A stretch of DNA of 62,974 nucleotides, filler included, from Phoronis australis (Eukaryota > Animalia > Phoronida): the NCBI GenBank assembly GCA_002633005.1. It is 6 parts of 6 records of this genome, joined end to end, with 100 filler letters (N's around TTAATTAATTAA, not from the genome) between each part and the next. Parts side by side here need not be neighbours in the genome. Positions count along the whole stretch, not along the records: positions 4,491 to 31,114 come from NMRA01001329.1; positions 31,215 to 33,116 come from NMRA01001600.1; positions 33,217 to 56,025 come from NMRA01001385.1; 3 more parts are not named here. One strand, given 5' to 3'. The translations under genes were made by a program, and so were the position numbers. The notes below the pieces were generated by a model that was given only the letters and a program-made list of their open reading frames with translations, had not been told where the DNA came from and searched no databases. Shown here one piece after another: positions 28,101 to 40,830 of the stretch (its first letter is position 1; each line of letters opens with the position of its first letter).

Positions 28101-31100
28101 AGGTAGAGAATAGGCGTAAACTTGAATATTGTTGTCCCGAATGGTTGCGTACTAACAAGTCAAAAGACTGCAATAGCAAGAAATGATGCAACACCATATT
28201 TTCGTCTAACGCACACTACCAAGGCGTGAATGTGTGGATTCGTTAACGCCCAAATGTTTTCTAGTCACCCGCAATTTTTTTACTCTTTTTGGCTGACGTT
28301 TCAGTCGGAACAAATATTTTTCCAAGCACGTTTTAAAAATCAGTGACCTTGTCGACTGATGATCTGGGGAGTAAAAAATTGACATGGTGTGTGCGAATGG
28401 AAGAATGAAATGATTGCTCAAAACTTTATGTATGCTTGTTTAAAAAATAAGTTGCAATAGTTACTGTACATGTACAAACTCAAAACTTGTCAGCTGAAAA
28501 AGAGGTCGTTTGCCTATTAGTGGACTTAGGGTTGTAATTCACTTGCCTTCTGTCTTTTGCGAAAAAAAAAAACAGGAGGCGAGTTCAAAGAGGTCGTTAC
28601 TTTACATTCCGAATCATGATACCTGCGAGGACTCGACCTAGCGCACAAACAACAAAACTAAGTTGTGCCGCAATGGGATCTACTATCTGCATAGTCTTCG
28701 CATCATAGGGGTGAGGGGTGTGGCAGTAGCCCCCTGTTTTCAGTGCTTTGCCTCCCATGGACTACGGGCGGTGCTCCTCAGGGGGTCTGGCTGCTATAGC
28801 CCCCACATTCTTCAGTGCTGCACCACCCATGATCAGGGATATTATATTTTTATAATCAGGACAATTAACTTAAAAAATGATATGTTTTTTTCCAAGACAA
28901 AGTTTGTTAAGTTGATCGTTTCAGAATTATTGGAAACGTCACTCTTTTGTTACGTTGTATCTCGTGCTCCGGAATATTCCTCGGCACATCCGAAGATTTG
29001 CAAAATTATAAAAAATACATTTCAACAAAACGCGTCAAAAATCCATTTCGCATTATTTCACGTTTTTGCAATACACGTACATGTATGTTTACAAATGATA
29101 GACATTTATAATTCCATTCTCTGTTAGTGTCCTTTTGAACTTAATTTGACAACAACAAAATTATGGTCAGACCCAAATGAATTGCTTTATATTTGCCAGG
29201 TTTTTGCCGAGAGGTGTACATGTAAAACTCAGTACGGTTATGTTGAAAAGTCCAAGTCGCATATTGCGACTTGACACGAGTAGCCAAAATCTCAGCTCGC
29301 ACGAAAAGTTGGGTCTGTACAGTAGTACTATAGTACGGTGTCGAGAATGAATGGCAGATATAGCGATATACGGTGTCAGATATAGGATATCATAAGGGGG
29401 GGGGTGACATTTTGTCTCGGACAAATGCGACCAGGACTGCATGCACTTACCCAGGATAAACCGGAATTTGAACCTTTAACTGAAAACAAACCACTAAAAA
29501 AGAGTGCAGGCGGTCTCAGACGTACAACCAACTTAAAACTGCGCCTATTGTTGAATCTTGTCTCAGCCGTATGTTCATTACGGCGGTTAGTTGATGAACT
29601 CAATATTTCTTCACGCTCTTGTTTTATATTTTTGCGGGAAGGAGATGCAGGCACACCAAAAAACGAACACAATGACTGTGGCTTAATTTGTATCTTGCGG
29701 CATCTTTATTGCTTAACTGTGTATGAGGTTTTGATAATTGTAGTGAGACGCAGAACAGTGTTGACGTCCAAATGCATATTTAATTATCGATTTCCAATTT
29801 GTCTTCTAGTAATATATGGACAAATGTTCATGTGACGCATTGTACTTCTCCGGTGATTTTTCATAAACGATGAAATTTTAAAGATTTATTTACAAGTAGA
29901 TATTTTTCAAACAGGCAGTTGTTTTAAGGTTCAACATGTTATTATACTTTTCGGTATTGGTGCCATGTTGTATTACGCATTATTTTCTTCCTGTAGGTAT
30001 GTTTTATCTATTTTGTCCATTTACTAACCGTGTGGTCCAAGTGGCCGTCCGCAAATCGTGACGTAACATCAAAGTGCGGCTTATGTTCAAGGCGTAGATT
30101 TTTTGTACTCCGTGTTTGCTTGTCATCAAAGAAATCGTGATGTTCCCTTTGCATGTGAAATTCTTTGAGACCTCATTTTTTAACATTTCCATCTTTAAAC
30201 ACCATCCTAGGGTAGAATATCGATCATCTTAAATTTCTGCAACATTGATGTCCTGCCATTCCAAATAAGGAGACGTGCTTTGCCTTGTGTGTTGACATAT
30301 GGCATTTTTGAAATTTGGAAATAAAAGAAAATGCTCTGACATGAACAGAAGTTAAACATATTTACAAACAAACCCTAAGAACACCAGGTGAGCAGGCTAA
30401 ATTCTGTTCATGTTGTAGAGAATTACTTCCAATATTTCAAGTTAGTTTGTTTATCGGGTTCCAAGCCTCTAATAAAAGACATTTTGGAAGTTAATAGTTA
30501 AACATTCAATTGCACGTCAACACTGAATTTCATTTCCCTGAAATGTTCAAAACCTGATACATATTTGATCTTTAAATGGCTTCTGAGCTAAATCAAGCAA
30601 TGCCATTTTGATCGTGTTAATCGTGTTGAGAAATATATATTGAGTTCACAATACATTAGTAACCATTAGAACAGAGCATCGGGTTAAAGGTCAAGAATTG
30701 GAACGTATCGCTTCTTCTTACTTTACAAGTACGATTCCCAGACCCGAGCGTTCACTAGTTACATGTACCTGCAGCAGGGTGATAATCACTCGTAGTGATT
30801 AATTTCATGACCCACTTTCATCAAACGAGTGACAATGAAATTTGAAAAGACAGCCACACAACCATGACAAGAACCTCCCTATTTTAAAACCACAATTGCG
30901 TCGTCACAGTTAACTAATATTCTCTGCACGTTAGAATGTTGCAATAATAAAACTGCACAGACTCAAAGTCTGACGCAACCTGAGGATTTGGCCACCAGTA
31001 TCAACTTGCAATATGCCGCTTGGAGTTTCCAACATATGATTAGTGAGTTTTTATATGTACATTTCTGGCAGATACCTGGCAAACATCTAGCAATTCGCGT

Positions 31101-31114
31101 TTCTCCTTCCATCT

Positions 31115-31214
31115 NNNNNNNNNNNNNNNNNNNNNNNNNNNNNNNNNNNNNNNNNNNNTTAATTAATTAANNNNNNNNNNNNNNNNNNNNNNNNNNNNNN
31201 NNNNNNNNNNNNNN
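31115..31214. other. Artificial gap spacer
   Basis: N44-TTAATTAATTAA-N44. Confidence 0.98.
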
Positions 31215-31309
<95 letters not shown>

Positions 31310-31318
31310 CGCGCGCGC
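31215..31318. repeat. (GT)n followed by (GC)n microsatellite
   Basis: Directly visible at the contig start. Confidence 0.97.
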
Positions 31319-31589
31319 CTTTGCTTCAGATTACTTAGGAGACAGCCAAGTGTTTTTCAGACACGGTCACATTCAACGCACTGTTCTAGTGAGAGGGAGA
31401 GTCCTGCAAAGTTTACAGGACAGCGAGGGAAATGCAGAGTTAAAATAGTGTTGAAATATCTTGGACAATAGCTAGGTGAATGAAACTTTAGAAAAAAACA
31501 ACATCAAAAAGTCACACCGGTTACGTAAAACTGCTGCCCATGGCAAATATTCAAGAATTCAACGCATATTGTCAGAATTATATACCCAC

Positions 31590-32154
31590 CCACAGATCAA
31601 AAGAATCCAGCTCATTGTCACTTGAACCCTCTGAGCATGTACTACTGTTGTCATGGTGATCATCTGATGTCTCCACTGCAGTGAGGCAGTCTGATCTGAT
31701 GCCCATAAGAGTGGTGGTATCCACAACATTGTTGTGATGCAAACTGTCGTCATGGTGATTCTGTACCCTCTGCAATACAACTGGTCCCTCCCCTATGTCC
31801 ATCGCAGTGGAGGTGTTCATGGAGCTGTCCTTAACATTGTGTAATGCATCTGAAAATATAGCACACTCCTGACTGTCGTCATTTAACAATGGAGTTATAA
31901 CAACGGAAATTGTTCCCATGGTGACCGTGTACACTTTCTAGATCAACAGGGCAGGGCAGTTCATGATCACATGATTTATTGTGGATGGCGGAACTATCGC
32001 CATAGAAATTAGTGTCATGGTGATTGCATGAACTTTTTATCCCAATAGGACAATTCAGTTCGAGGTTAGCCAAGTTCATAGGGATTGTAGAACTATTGCT
32101 GTGTAAAATGTCAGTCTGGCAACTATACATGCCTACATTGTCCTCCATGGAAAC
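31590..32154 (-). pseudogene. Possible large Ser/Asp/His-rich exon with one frameshift, product unknown
   Basis: Candidate acceptor TGTAG at 32155 and donor GTGGGT at 31589. Two overlapping ORFs (31879-32148 and 31578-31934) have similar low-complexity composition. The length, 565 = 3n+1, is consistent with a single-base indel. Confidence 0.35.
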
Positions 32155-33116
32155 CTACAATGTGTGACAATCATGAAAATTTGCATGATTCATTAAGTTT
32201 CCGATTTTGAGTACGAGTTCCAAGAGTAGATTTTGGACCCTGACAGACTTTTATAAATCATGCTTAATTCACTTGGCCTCATTAGGGCACCCTCCCATTC
32301 ACCCTAACTTGTTCCATCTGATAGCAAAGGAAAGGGTCGGCTGGTTGACCAATGTAGCCAAAATCTTACATGATTGATTATTGTGATATTTATGATTGGA
32401 AGGCTAGCTCTCTTTTGTTCAATAATTGCTCTAATCTCCTGTAATATTCTGATATTACGAAGTCAGAATATAAGACTTGCTGTGTCAAATACTTTATTGG
32501 AACTAACTAAATTCTCTACAAGGTGGCTTATTATAGACAATGACTAAGCAGCATGCAATTCTTACAATGGAAGTGCTAATACCATATATAGAACTTCCTT
32601 TACTCAGAATCAATTAAACTATAGTCTTGCACTAACTGGTATGCGTGAGTAATTAATATAGCTGCTATATGTTTATCAAAACATTACATCTCCCATAAGA
32701 TCTTATCTAGCTTGACTGGGCAGTGCTGATAAAAATAAAAGATAAGTTATAAACTGTTTGAACATAAACCAACAACAATTCTAAATTCCTTGTCAAATGT
32801 TGATCATGTTTAGTTTTTGAATCACCAATATTGCCCAACTACAACCAAAGTTAAGAGAATCTATTTAGTCCCAACCCATTACAGTTTCAGTAACTCTTTG
32901 AAGCATGGTAGATACCGTAATTAGCCTGCCTGTAGTCCTACCAAGCAAAGGGCTGCACTCAGCAGTTATCAAAAGAGTCAAATGTTATCACACATTCACA
33001 AAGCCACTGAACAGAACATCCCTATGTTCAGGTCTTTCCCCAATGGGGCTATTCGGTAAATCTGCAATAACTAGAGGGCGTGAGTGTACTAGTGGTGATA
33101 GATTAACAGCCTCGAT

Positions 33117-33216
33117 NNNNNNNNNNNNNNNNNNNNNNNNNNNNNNNNNNNNNNNNNNNNTTAATTAATTAANNNNNNNNNNNNNNNNNNNNNNNNNNNN
33201 NNNNNNNNNNNNNNNN
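33117..33216. other. Artificial gap spacer
   Basis: N44-TTAATTAATTAA-N44. Confidence 0.98.
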
Positions 33217-33218
33217 AT

Positions 33219-33467
33219 GCAGCTAATTCAAAATCAACCAACTTGGCTAGTGGTATATTACAAGGTATTGCCTGCGGAACTTTTCTCTATGTTACGTTTT
33301 TCGAGATCCTACCGCATGAGTTTAATAACGGGGAGCACAGGCTCCTCAAAGTTCTGTTCTTAGTCTTAGGCTTTGGTGTAATGGTAGGTGTGATGTTTAT
33401 ACATTCAGAGGCCGGTGACCACGAGCATCATCATGCCATTGATACCAAAACTACTGTCGGTTTCTAA
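33219..33467 (+). CDS. 3' end (TM7-TM8 and tail) of a ZIP-family zinc transporter, SLC39 subfamily II (ZIP1/2/3-like), 5'-truncated by gap
   Basis: LASGILQGIACGTFLYVTFFEILPHEFNNGEHRLLKVLFLVLGF matches the G.A.GTFLY.TF.EILP.EL...RLLK..F...G consensus. The frame is open from the gap to TAA at 33467, with a candidate AATAAA at ~33979. Confidence 0.93.
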   Translation, partial: AANSKSTNLASGILQGIACGTFLYVTFFEILPHEFNNGEHRLLKVLFLVLGFGVMVGVMFIHSEAGDHEHHHAIDTKTTVGF

Positions 33468-35469
33468 AACACTGGGCATTGATTTACAGTGTTATTTGGA
33501 AATTCCATTTGTGCTGGGCGTACAATGAGAAAACATTTTGATGAAGTTTGAAAAACAAAATTATCAGAAAATACTTTTAAGTATTAAAATACATCAATTG
33601 TTAAGTCTTATTCGAAGCCTTCAATGCATGCATGTCTCATCTTTATTTACCCGACGAGGAAAATTGTCTTTAAAGAGGTGCCACGAATCTGCGCAGATAA
33701 TTTGAATTTTTGAAAAATCATTTTTAACGATAATTTCTGTGAACTGTAAAAAGTTGCATTTTTTGTGGTATACGATGACTTAATGCAATTTTTGGTCAGT
33801 ACAACACATTTTTTAATGATATCTTTTATTTAGACAACTCGATATAAGTTGAGTTAATGTGACTGACGTACGTGACATACTTACTGTTTGTTTTGGCTGA
33901 GATGTCAGTTCAGAATTATTCAAACTTCAGTGTTTAAGCTATATTTGTCTTTCAACTCATTCAAAATTAAATTAGTGCAATAAAACGTATATTCCTTTTT
34001 GATTAAAGATATAAAACGATATCCTAAAATCATAAAATTTGAAGATGTCAAACAATATGGATGAGAATGGGAGTGATTATTAACTTGCAGTTGTCACCTG
34101 ACCTGATGTTGGTATAAGAAAACTGTTTTTTTCGTTAAGCAGAAAACAATTTCGAAATATTTGAAGTAGAGATTAAAACATAACTAATTGTTAATGTAAT
34201 GAAATGCATTTTTATTATTTGCCTTTTGAATTATTAGGACTCACCTTAAGCTTGGCAGAGTTATTGTCTGGGCCATGCCGCTGATAGTTCTGATATATGC
34301 CGTGTTAGTAATAAATTTGTTGCTTCAAAAGTATTAGTTACAAGGCTTCAGTATCTTTCTGTAACAAGATGACTGGTAGACAGTTGGTTCAGCACGGTTT
34401 AGTTGACAGCATCGACTTATGACACTCATATTTTGTTTCAAGACACAGGTGGATTGTTTAGGCAGCCATTTAGAAAAATGATCTCGGAATATGTGGAGAT
34501 AATAAAATTATCAGATGCTGTTCCTTTTTAGTGATGAACTTTTCATTCAGATTTTCATTTCGATTTTAAAGAAAGGCGTTATATGAAGTAGCATCACGGT
34601 TCACGCAGGTACAATAAAGAATTTTTTGATCCACCATTCGACTTTTATAGATAATCCTAGCATTGTCTGCAACAATTCCCTGTCACTTTTCTAAACGTTT
34701 GCCCGTTTAGAAGACTTGTACGGAGGTGTCAGATTTTGCTCCAAAAGTGTGAGGGTTGTCAAGGTTACCGAGCATTATTTTGCTCCAGAGTATTCGATGG
34801 GAAAGTCGTGTATGTGTTAGTAGGCCGAATCAGATTTTGGTATCCTTTAAGACAGAAATCTGGTCTCACTTTCTCATTCCACAGTTGCTAAGTAAAAGTT
34901 TATTCTGAGTGACTTCTCATGAAGCAGAGTCCTGTGCCCGGTTGCATGCAACAGTCTTAAATAGGGACTCAACTAAGTTCCCTAAATCTTTTGCGTATTT
35001 GTTTCGTACTATACTCGCAATCGTAGTATACTTTCTATCATTTTACCTTTGTTTTGAGCTCTTCTTTGACGAATGACATTTTCCTATATAATAACTAAAA
35101 ACTGAGCCCTTAATTCGGTTAAAATAATTAGGTACTTAAAATTAGTGCTTAAGTAAAAATGATATGTTTGGATAGTTTAGGCTTCGTGTGCTTGTACAAA
35201 TTTGAAAATATAGTTATATGCCCATAAACAGCTTGTTTATAAAATAATTAGCAACACAAATAGAAACCGGGGTTATTTTCTAGGGTCAAAGTGATCCCTT
35301 CGCTTAGGAAAAATGAAAGCCATAAGAAATTCAAATATGAGTCACTCATCAACTTGGAACAATTCTATTTTCGCTATTTTCTTAATTTTGGGAAGCGAGT
35401 ATTCTCCGACTGGTTACAAAACAATAACTGTTGTCGAGAGTATTCTAAACACGATCGTTCTCTACATGA

Positions 35470-35670
35470 TTCCAAGTTTAAGCAGCGCTTAAAGAAGGAA
35501 TTTGGTTTAAAGATTTCAGGACTTTTGTAAAATGTTTGACTTTTTACGGGACTTCCGTCTCATTCAAAACAATGCAAGCCTCGGATTTTGGGCCACCTGG
35601 TCACGAAAAACATGCCTTTCATGTTTGTGCAAGTGGACCTTACGGACGTTAGCAGTGAAAATCGCCCGTG
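35470..35670 (+). repeat. Dispersed ~200-bp repeat (diverged second copy at ~41745-41945)
   Basis: The blocks ttcagg.cttttgtaaaatgt.tgactttt and aaaacatgc.tttcatgtttgtgca..tggacctta occur at both sites. Confidence 0.65.
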
Positions 35671-36775
35671 TTGCATGCAAGCGAAAAACCAATATCATTT
35701 AAGCACAACTTAGATATGTCATTACCTCTGTGTCTTCCTCAAACGCTGGACATGTTTGCATCAAACAATATGCCATCAAGTTTCAGTTCAGATGGTAAAT
35801 GTTGTCAACTGTCTTCAAAGTGGTAGACAACCTGCTAAAGATACATACTTATATGCTACTTCAGTCAGTCGAACGCGGTTGATTGTCTTGTAGCGAATAA
35901 TGGACAGTGATTTGTAAAATAAATTGTGCAAAAACGAGTGAACCACCCAGTATTAATTCGCTGAGGCTGTGAAGTGTATCGCAAAGACTCTACATACAAA
36001 GGTGTATTGGTATTTCTGTCGGCACCAGAAAACACGCAACAATTCCAAAATTTGCAGGTCAGACAAGATCCCGGCAATCACCACCTTTCAAAACCCGTCA
36101 ACGGACCCTGAAGATAGTTTTGTTCTATAGCAAGTGTCATAGGCGGATTTAGGGGGCGGGGGGTAGGGGTCCCGGCCCCCCGTTGTTTTATATCTTTTTT
36201 TCTGTATGACCAATTTTGAGGTGTGTCATAAAAGATTAATAATAATATAGAATTGCTTTAATATTGTTGTTGATTTCCTGTGTAATCACTACATTGTGTC
36301 TTGAAGTTATGTTAATGACAACATTTTAACTAGTACGTTTTTGAGAAAATCACAATATAATAGGTATATTATATCTGGCCTCACTCTTTTTCAATGTCAC
36401 GTTAAGCTGGAGATCATGAACTGAAGATGCACTCAGGACCAATACCACAAAACAGAAGAGTCAAACATATGTTGTATATCCAAGCCACACAAGTGCCACA
36501 AGTCTATCTGTTCATCTCTGTATCGATAATATCAGTAAAACATCCAACAAAATATCACCCGTTTTATCAGCAAAACAGTTAACACCATTTCTGGCATTTT
36601 TTTAAATCCCAGACGTTCATGAGCGGTAATCTTTGAATCACCTCACGAATGGTGTTGCCGCACTTTTCTCGCTCCCCACAGGCACGCTCATCATCCTTCT
36701 TTAACTTCACTGGCGTATTTGTTTTTTTTTCCTTTTGCTGTCACAATCTTGCAAGAAGATTCGGCACTCACTTTC

Positions 36776-37084
36776 CAGGGGCGGATCCAGAATTTTGAGT
36801 TGGGGGCAGGGCACAGGAATAGTCAGAATTTTGCCACATGCGCGCGCCCAGCCTAAAATGTAAGAATGCAGAGGCCTCGAATTTTGGGGTTTGTGGACCT
36901 TATTACTAAAAAAGGTACACGGGGTTTGTTCAAGGCCTATGAACTGCGCATTAACCCCTCGAGCCCACTTGGGTGCGCGCATATGCTAGTCGGTAATTCG
37001 CACTGCCAAATGGTATCTGGGAGAATTTTAGGGGGCATGGCCCCCTTGACACTCCCCCCCCTCCTAAGTCCAAGTCCGCCACTG
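36776..37084 (+). mobile_element. MITE with CAGGGGCGGA/TCCGCCACTG termini and 5-bp TSD CTTTC
   Basis: Imperfect TIRs, with CTTTC at 36771-36775 and 37085-37089. Related copies lie at 62059-62212 and 55936-56025, and a similar terminus at 36138. Confidence 0.75.
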
Positions 37085-39044
37085 CTTTCATCTGCATCAA
37101 CAATTTGTTTACTCCTGGCTTACACGCCACATGGAACAATTGCTGGGTGAGTCTTAGTTTAGAACCCCTTGTTCCCCTTGGTTTCGTCTAAAAGTAAATG
37201 TTTGTATTTCAAAACCCTGGTAGGGTGTACTTACCCCCCGGATTAATCTGTTCGTTTAAGCTCGCCTCACAATGATAACAGTGAACGTGTTTCCTGAAAT
37301 GAAAATAAATTCATTTGTGAAAATATTTATGATTAAAATAGGGCTTGATGTACATGTACATGTACTCGCTCATTTTAATTTAACGGTAATGCTATGATAT
37401 TGTTTAGTTTGGAAAGGAAAGTAACAGTAATGAGTCAAAATGTGATTAATTCATTGCACCACACTTATTTTGTAACCCTTTTCACGTTTTATAAGTAAAA
37501 AGTTCATAGATGTTCGGCACACCCCGATGCGTTCTCGTTCGCATAAACAACACAGAAAATTGCGTTCTCGATCGCATCTTTCAACAGAAAATTGTCAAAA
37601 AATCAGAGATCCTGACAAAACTACGAAAAACAAGCGTTGTGTTATATTTTCACAAGTCACGTCTTCATAACTTCATGGTCAATTTATTGATTTAGTGCCA
37701 AAAATAAACGCAATTTGCCAAAATGACATACGAATAACCTTTGACTCAAGCGCTGCCTCGTTCAACGTAACTTATCTCCTATAATTGAAGCAGACACCAT
37801 CCCAAACCTCTACCTGCCCTTCCTCAATGTGTTACGCCTTGAACTCATGCCTCTGTTTTCACATTGGAAGTAAAAACAACGTAAATTCATCAAATTTACT
37901 CACCTTGCCTGGTTTCGCTTCTCGCAACAGGTTTCGTTCTCGATCGCTTTCCGGTCGTTCTCGATCACGGGTTGGCCGGGGTGATAATATGTTTAGTGTA
38001 GATGCCTTCAATCCCAAATGCCTCTTGCAGCTGAGCGAGAAAATAATTCTACAAAGAACCCATTAACTCTGCATTTGTAGCGGCTGAGCCAGATCCCAAT
38101 GCAGTACATAGCAAGTGAGCGGATGCATCCTTCTGCTGCATCTGCGTCAGATTGTCACAAGGTGAGGATGAAGCTGTAAAGAAATATTATGCATATTATT
38201 TGATTATTAGTTTTGTTGCTGAAACTGTTTAATTTCAGTATCAGTTTTAGGTCAGTAGAGTCCCTCCGTGGTTGCTTTCAAATTCATATCAGGAATTCTG
38301 ATACACGAGTCCTGTGAGTTTACCAAATTACAAAACAATATTTTAATTGTTGTTTTGTTTCTTCTAAAAATGTTTCTGTTCCCAAAATTTAGCATAAGTT
38401 TGATGCCTTAAAAAAGTTAGAAATATCTGTCCATTATGATATAAATATGCTGGCCGCAATAAACTTCATTTGACAACTTTGAGTACCATGTTTTTAGTGA
38501 ATGTTTTTGTTGTTGCATTGTATGCTTGAAGGTACAGACAATCGGAGGGAACACCAGTTTTGTTTTTCAAGTTTTGATTACTGTATCAGTTAAGCAGATT
38601 AAGGAATCTATATTATTTTGTCTTTTGTCTTATTTTGTTAATTTTCAATTATTTTTATTTAAAAAATGTAATACTGGCTTAACATTTTCCAATCATATTT
38701 CCGAAATAACCATTTTAGGTTGTTATCAGTTGTGTGACTGGGAAACATTGCACAGATGAGATTCACCAAGGGGAGATAACTCTTGCTCACCTGCAATAAG
38801 TGCCAATATGTCCAGTATTGCTGGAACCAATGTCATGGCCACTCAAGTGTTCCGTGATGAAGATTTACGAGAAACTGGGCTTCCTGGACTTTGCTACGCA
38901 ACACATTACGCAGGAAATGTTAGAAAAGTTACTCGCAGGCATAAAAAATGCATAGACCAGAGATGCATTCTGTAACACTGACACTCAGAGACACCTGTGA
39001 TAAGAAATTTTGGTTATGGAACAGAAATTGTGAACTTTTTCCTA

Positions 39045-39607
39045 CAATTCAACACTCCAGCCTTGTGATTCAATCACTTCAGTGGCCGCCATTTTGCTAG
39101 TCTACTCTTAGATCTCAAACTTACTTTTTGGAAACACTCACGATTATTTTGCATGGTCTCACTCTATGGAATTTTGCCACTAGTAGAACATCCCTTGTGT
39201 ACAGGCTGATGTTGTAAAATTATGAATAGGCTCAGAATGTGTGACATCACCTCAATGGAAGGTCCCGTCGTCTTGGTTTTCATTGTTGTCTTCAATTTTA
39301 TTAATACACTCTCAAATGCTAAGTTGAAAAAGTTTATTTTTTAATTCTGTCAGTAAAATCAAATTTTGATTATGTAAATGAATAGGTCAAACCATTTTGT
39401 TTATCATCCTTAAACTATATTATGATAATTAGGAATATGACATCAGTAATCACTAACTATGTGTCTGCTGTAGCTGCATTCCGTGAGCAAGTTTCTTGCA
39501 ACAAAATTGTATTCGTACAAGAGCAGACAGGACTATTTGAGTGAAAAGCGAGTAAGTGCAGAGGACAAGCAAAATGGCCACTAATGAAGTGATTGGTCAG
39601 CGAGGCT
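39045..39607. mobile_element. MITE-like element with ~40-bp imperfect inverted repeats
   Basis: 39059-39098 (agccttgtgattcaatcacttcagtggccgccattttgct) pairs with the reverse complement of 39568-39607. The left end (acaattcaacactcc...tcacttcagtggccgc) also occurs at ~2529-2580. Confidence 0.5.
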
Positions 39608-40142
39608 GAGACCTAGCATTATTAGACAATATTCATTATTTTTGTCCCATTAGCGAGAATCGGCACAAGTGACTCGCGTGTGTCTTACATCTTCGAACAT
39701 ATCCCAAAGGTTGTGGCAGACTAATTTTGAAGGCATGTGAGTCTCTTCTTTACACTGGTTGAGGTAGAACATGCTTTTGATTGGACCTGGAGCATTTTAG
39801 ACAAGTTATGTGAAGTTGCTTCCCACATTTTATTTGGAATGTTGGTCCCATAAAGGTTCAGTGTACACTTGGCGTTGCTTTGCCAGTGCATCATGTTTCG
39901 TTAATGCTTTAGATTTAATCTGATTATAACCGCATTAATGTGTTTTACATTTTGTGGTACCCTTAAATCATCAACGATAATAACAGGGATCTTTTGTACT
40001 GTTTTTAATAACATTTATAGAGATGGGATTTTTGTATTTTAATAACACTTATGGAGCTTTATTTCATTACATATTGCCAGTTATTGGCGTGGTTGGCCAG
40101 AGAGTTGCTGAAATCAATGCCAGTGTCTATACTATTTAACTC

Positions 40143-40210
40143 GTGGGATTCAGCTCAGCCATAGAGTGTGCAGCTGCTACTGCAGAGTTAGTGGGTTCAA
40201 TTCCGCACCA
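40143..40210 (+). mobile_element. tRNA-derived SINE head or tRNA pseudogene
   Basis: A-box/D-arm-like AGCTCAGCCATAGAG, TGCAG/CTGCA stem with a 6-nt loop, and B-box GGTTCAATTCC. The acceptor stem is not intact. Confidence 0.5.
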
Positions 40211-40755
40211 CTTCTAATTACTGTAAAATTGAAGTTTCTCACCAAGAACGTGCCTTTACGTGGTCAGTCATTTGGCACTGAAAGACTTACGCATACTTGA
40301 ACACACTGCCACATGCACACTGTGGCTGTGTAAAGGAATTGGGACCCATGTTAACAGAGTTGTAGCTAAGATCTTGGAGTGTTTCATGAAAGTAACTTGA
40401 GACTCGAGACTGAAATTTGGACTTAATACTCCCTTTTCACAATTGTTGACTTCTTGTTTTAGTATTGACTTTATCCTACATGTAGCTCTATAATCACACT
40501 TACCAACCATTTTCATAAACCTGTTCCAATAAAGTGAGTGACAGTGAAAATCAAAGATAGACTTGTCTGATTATTAATTATTAAAGGAACGATAGTCTGT
40601 CAGTGCGGTCTTTCAGGTTATAACCCTTGGTCAGTTAGAAGGCACACGCTCTATTGCTAAACTTCATTGTTTGCTGAAAAGAATCGCAGTTGTGAATGTT
40701 ACAATCCGGCTTTTGCAAGAGTATCGTTGTCATTTTGTCCTTTTTGGGCACTTGC

Positions 40756-40756
40756 A

Positions 40757-40817
<61 letters not shown>

Positions 40818-40830
40818 GCATTTATATATA
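40756..40830. repeat. (TA)n microsatellite
   Basis: Directly visible. Confidence 0.97.

Noticed and set aside
28663-29835. Longest unassigned ORFs (154 and 143 aa)
   Set aside because: They have non-ATG starts and no motifs, and the first overlaps a GC-rich MITE-like patch. They are likely chance.
31578-33467. Metal-handling locus linking the His-rich ORFs with the ZIP gene
   Set aside because: They lie on opposite strands and are separated by an artificial spacer, so linkage is unproven.
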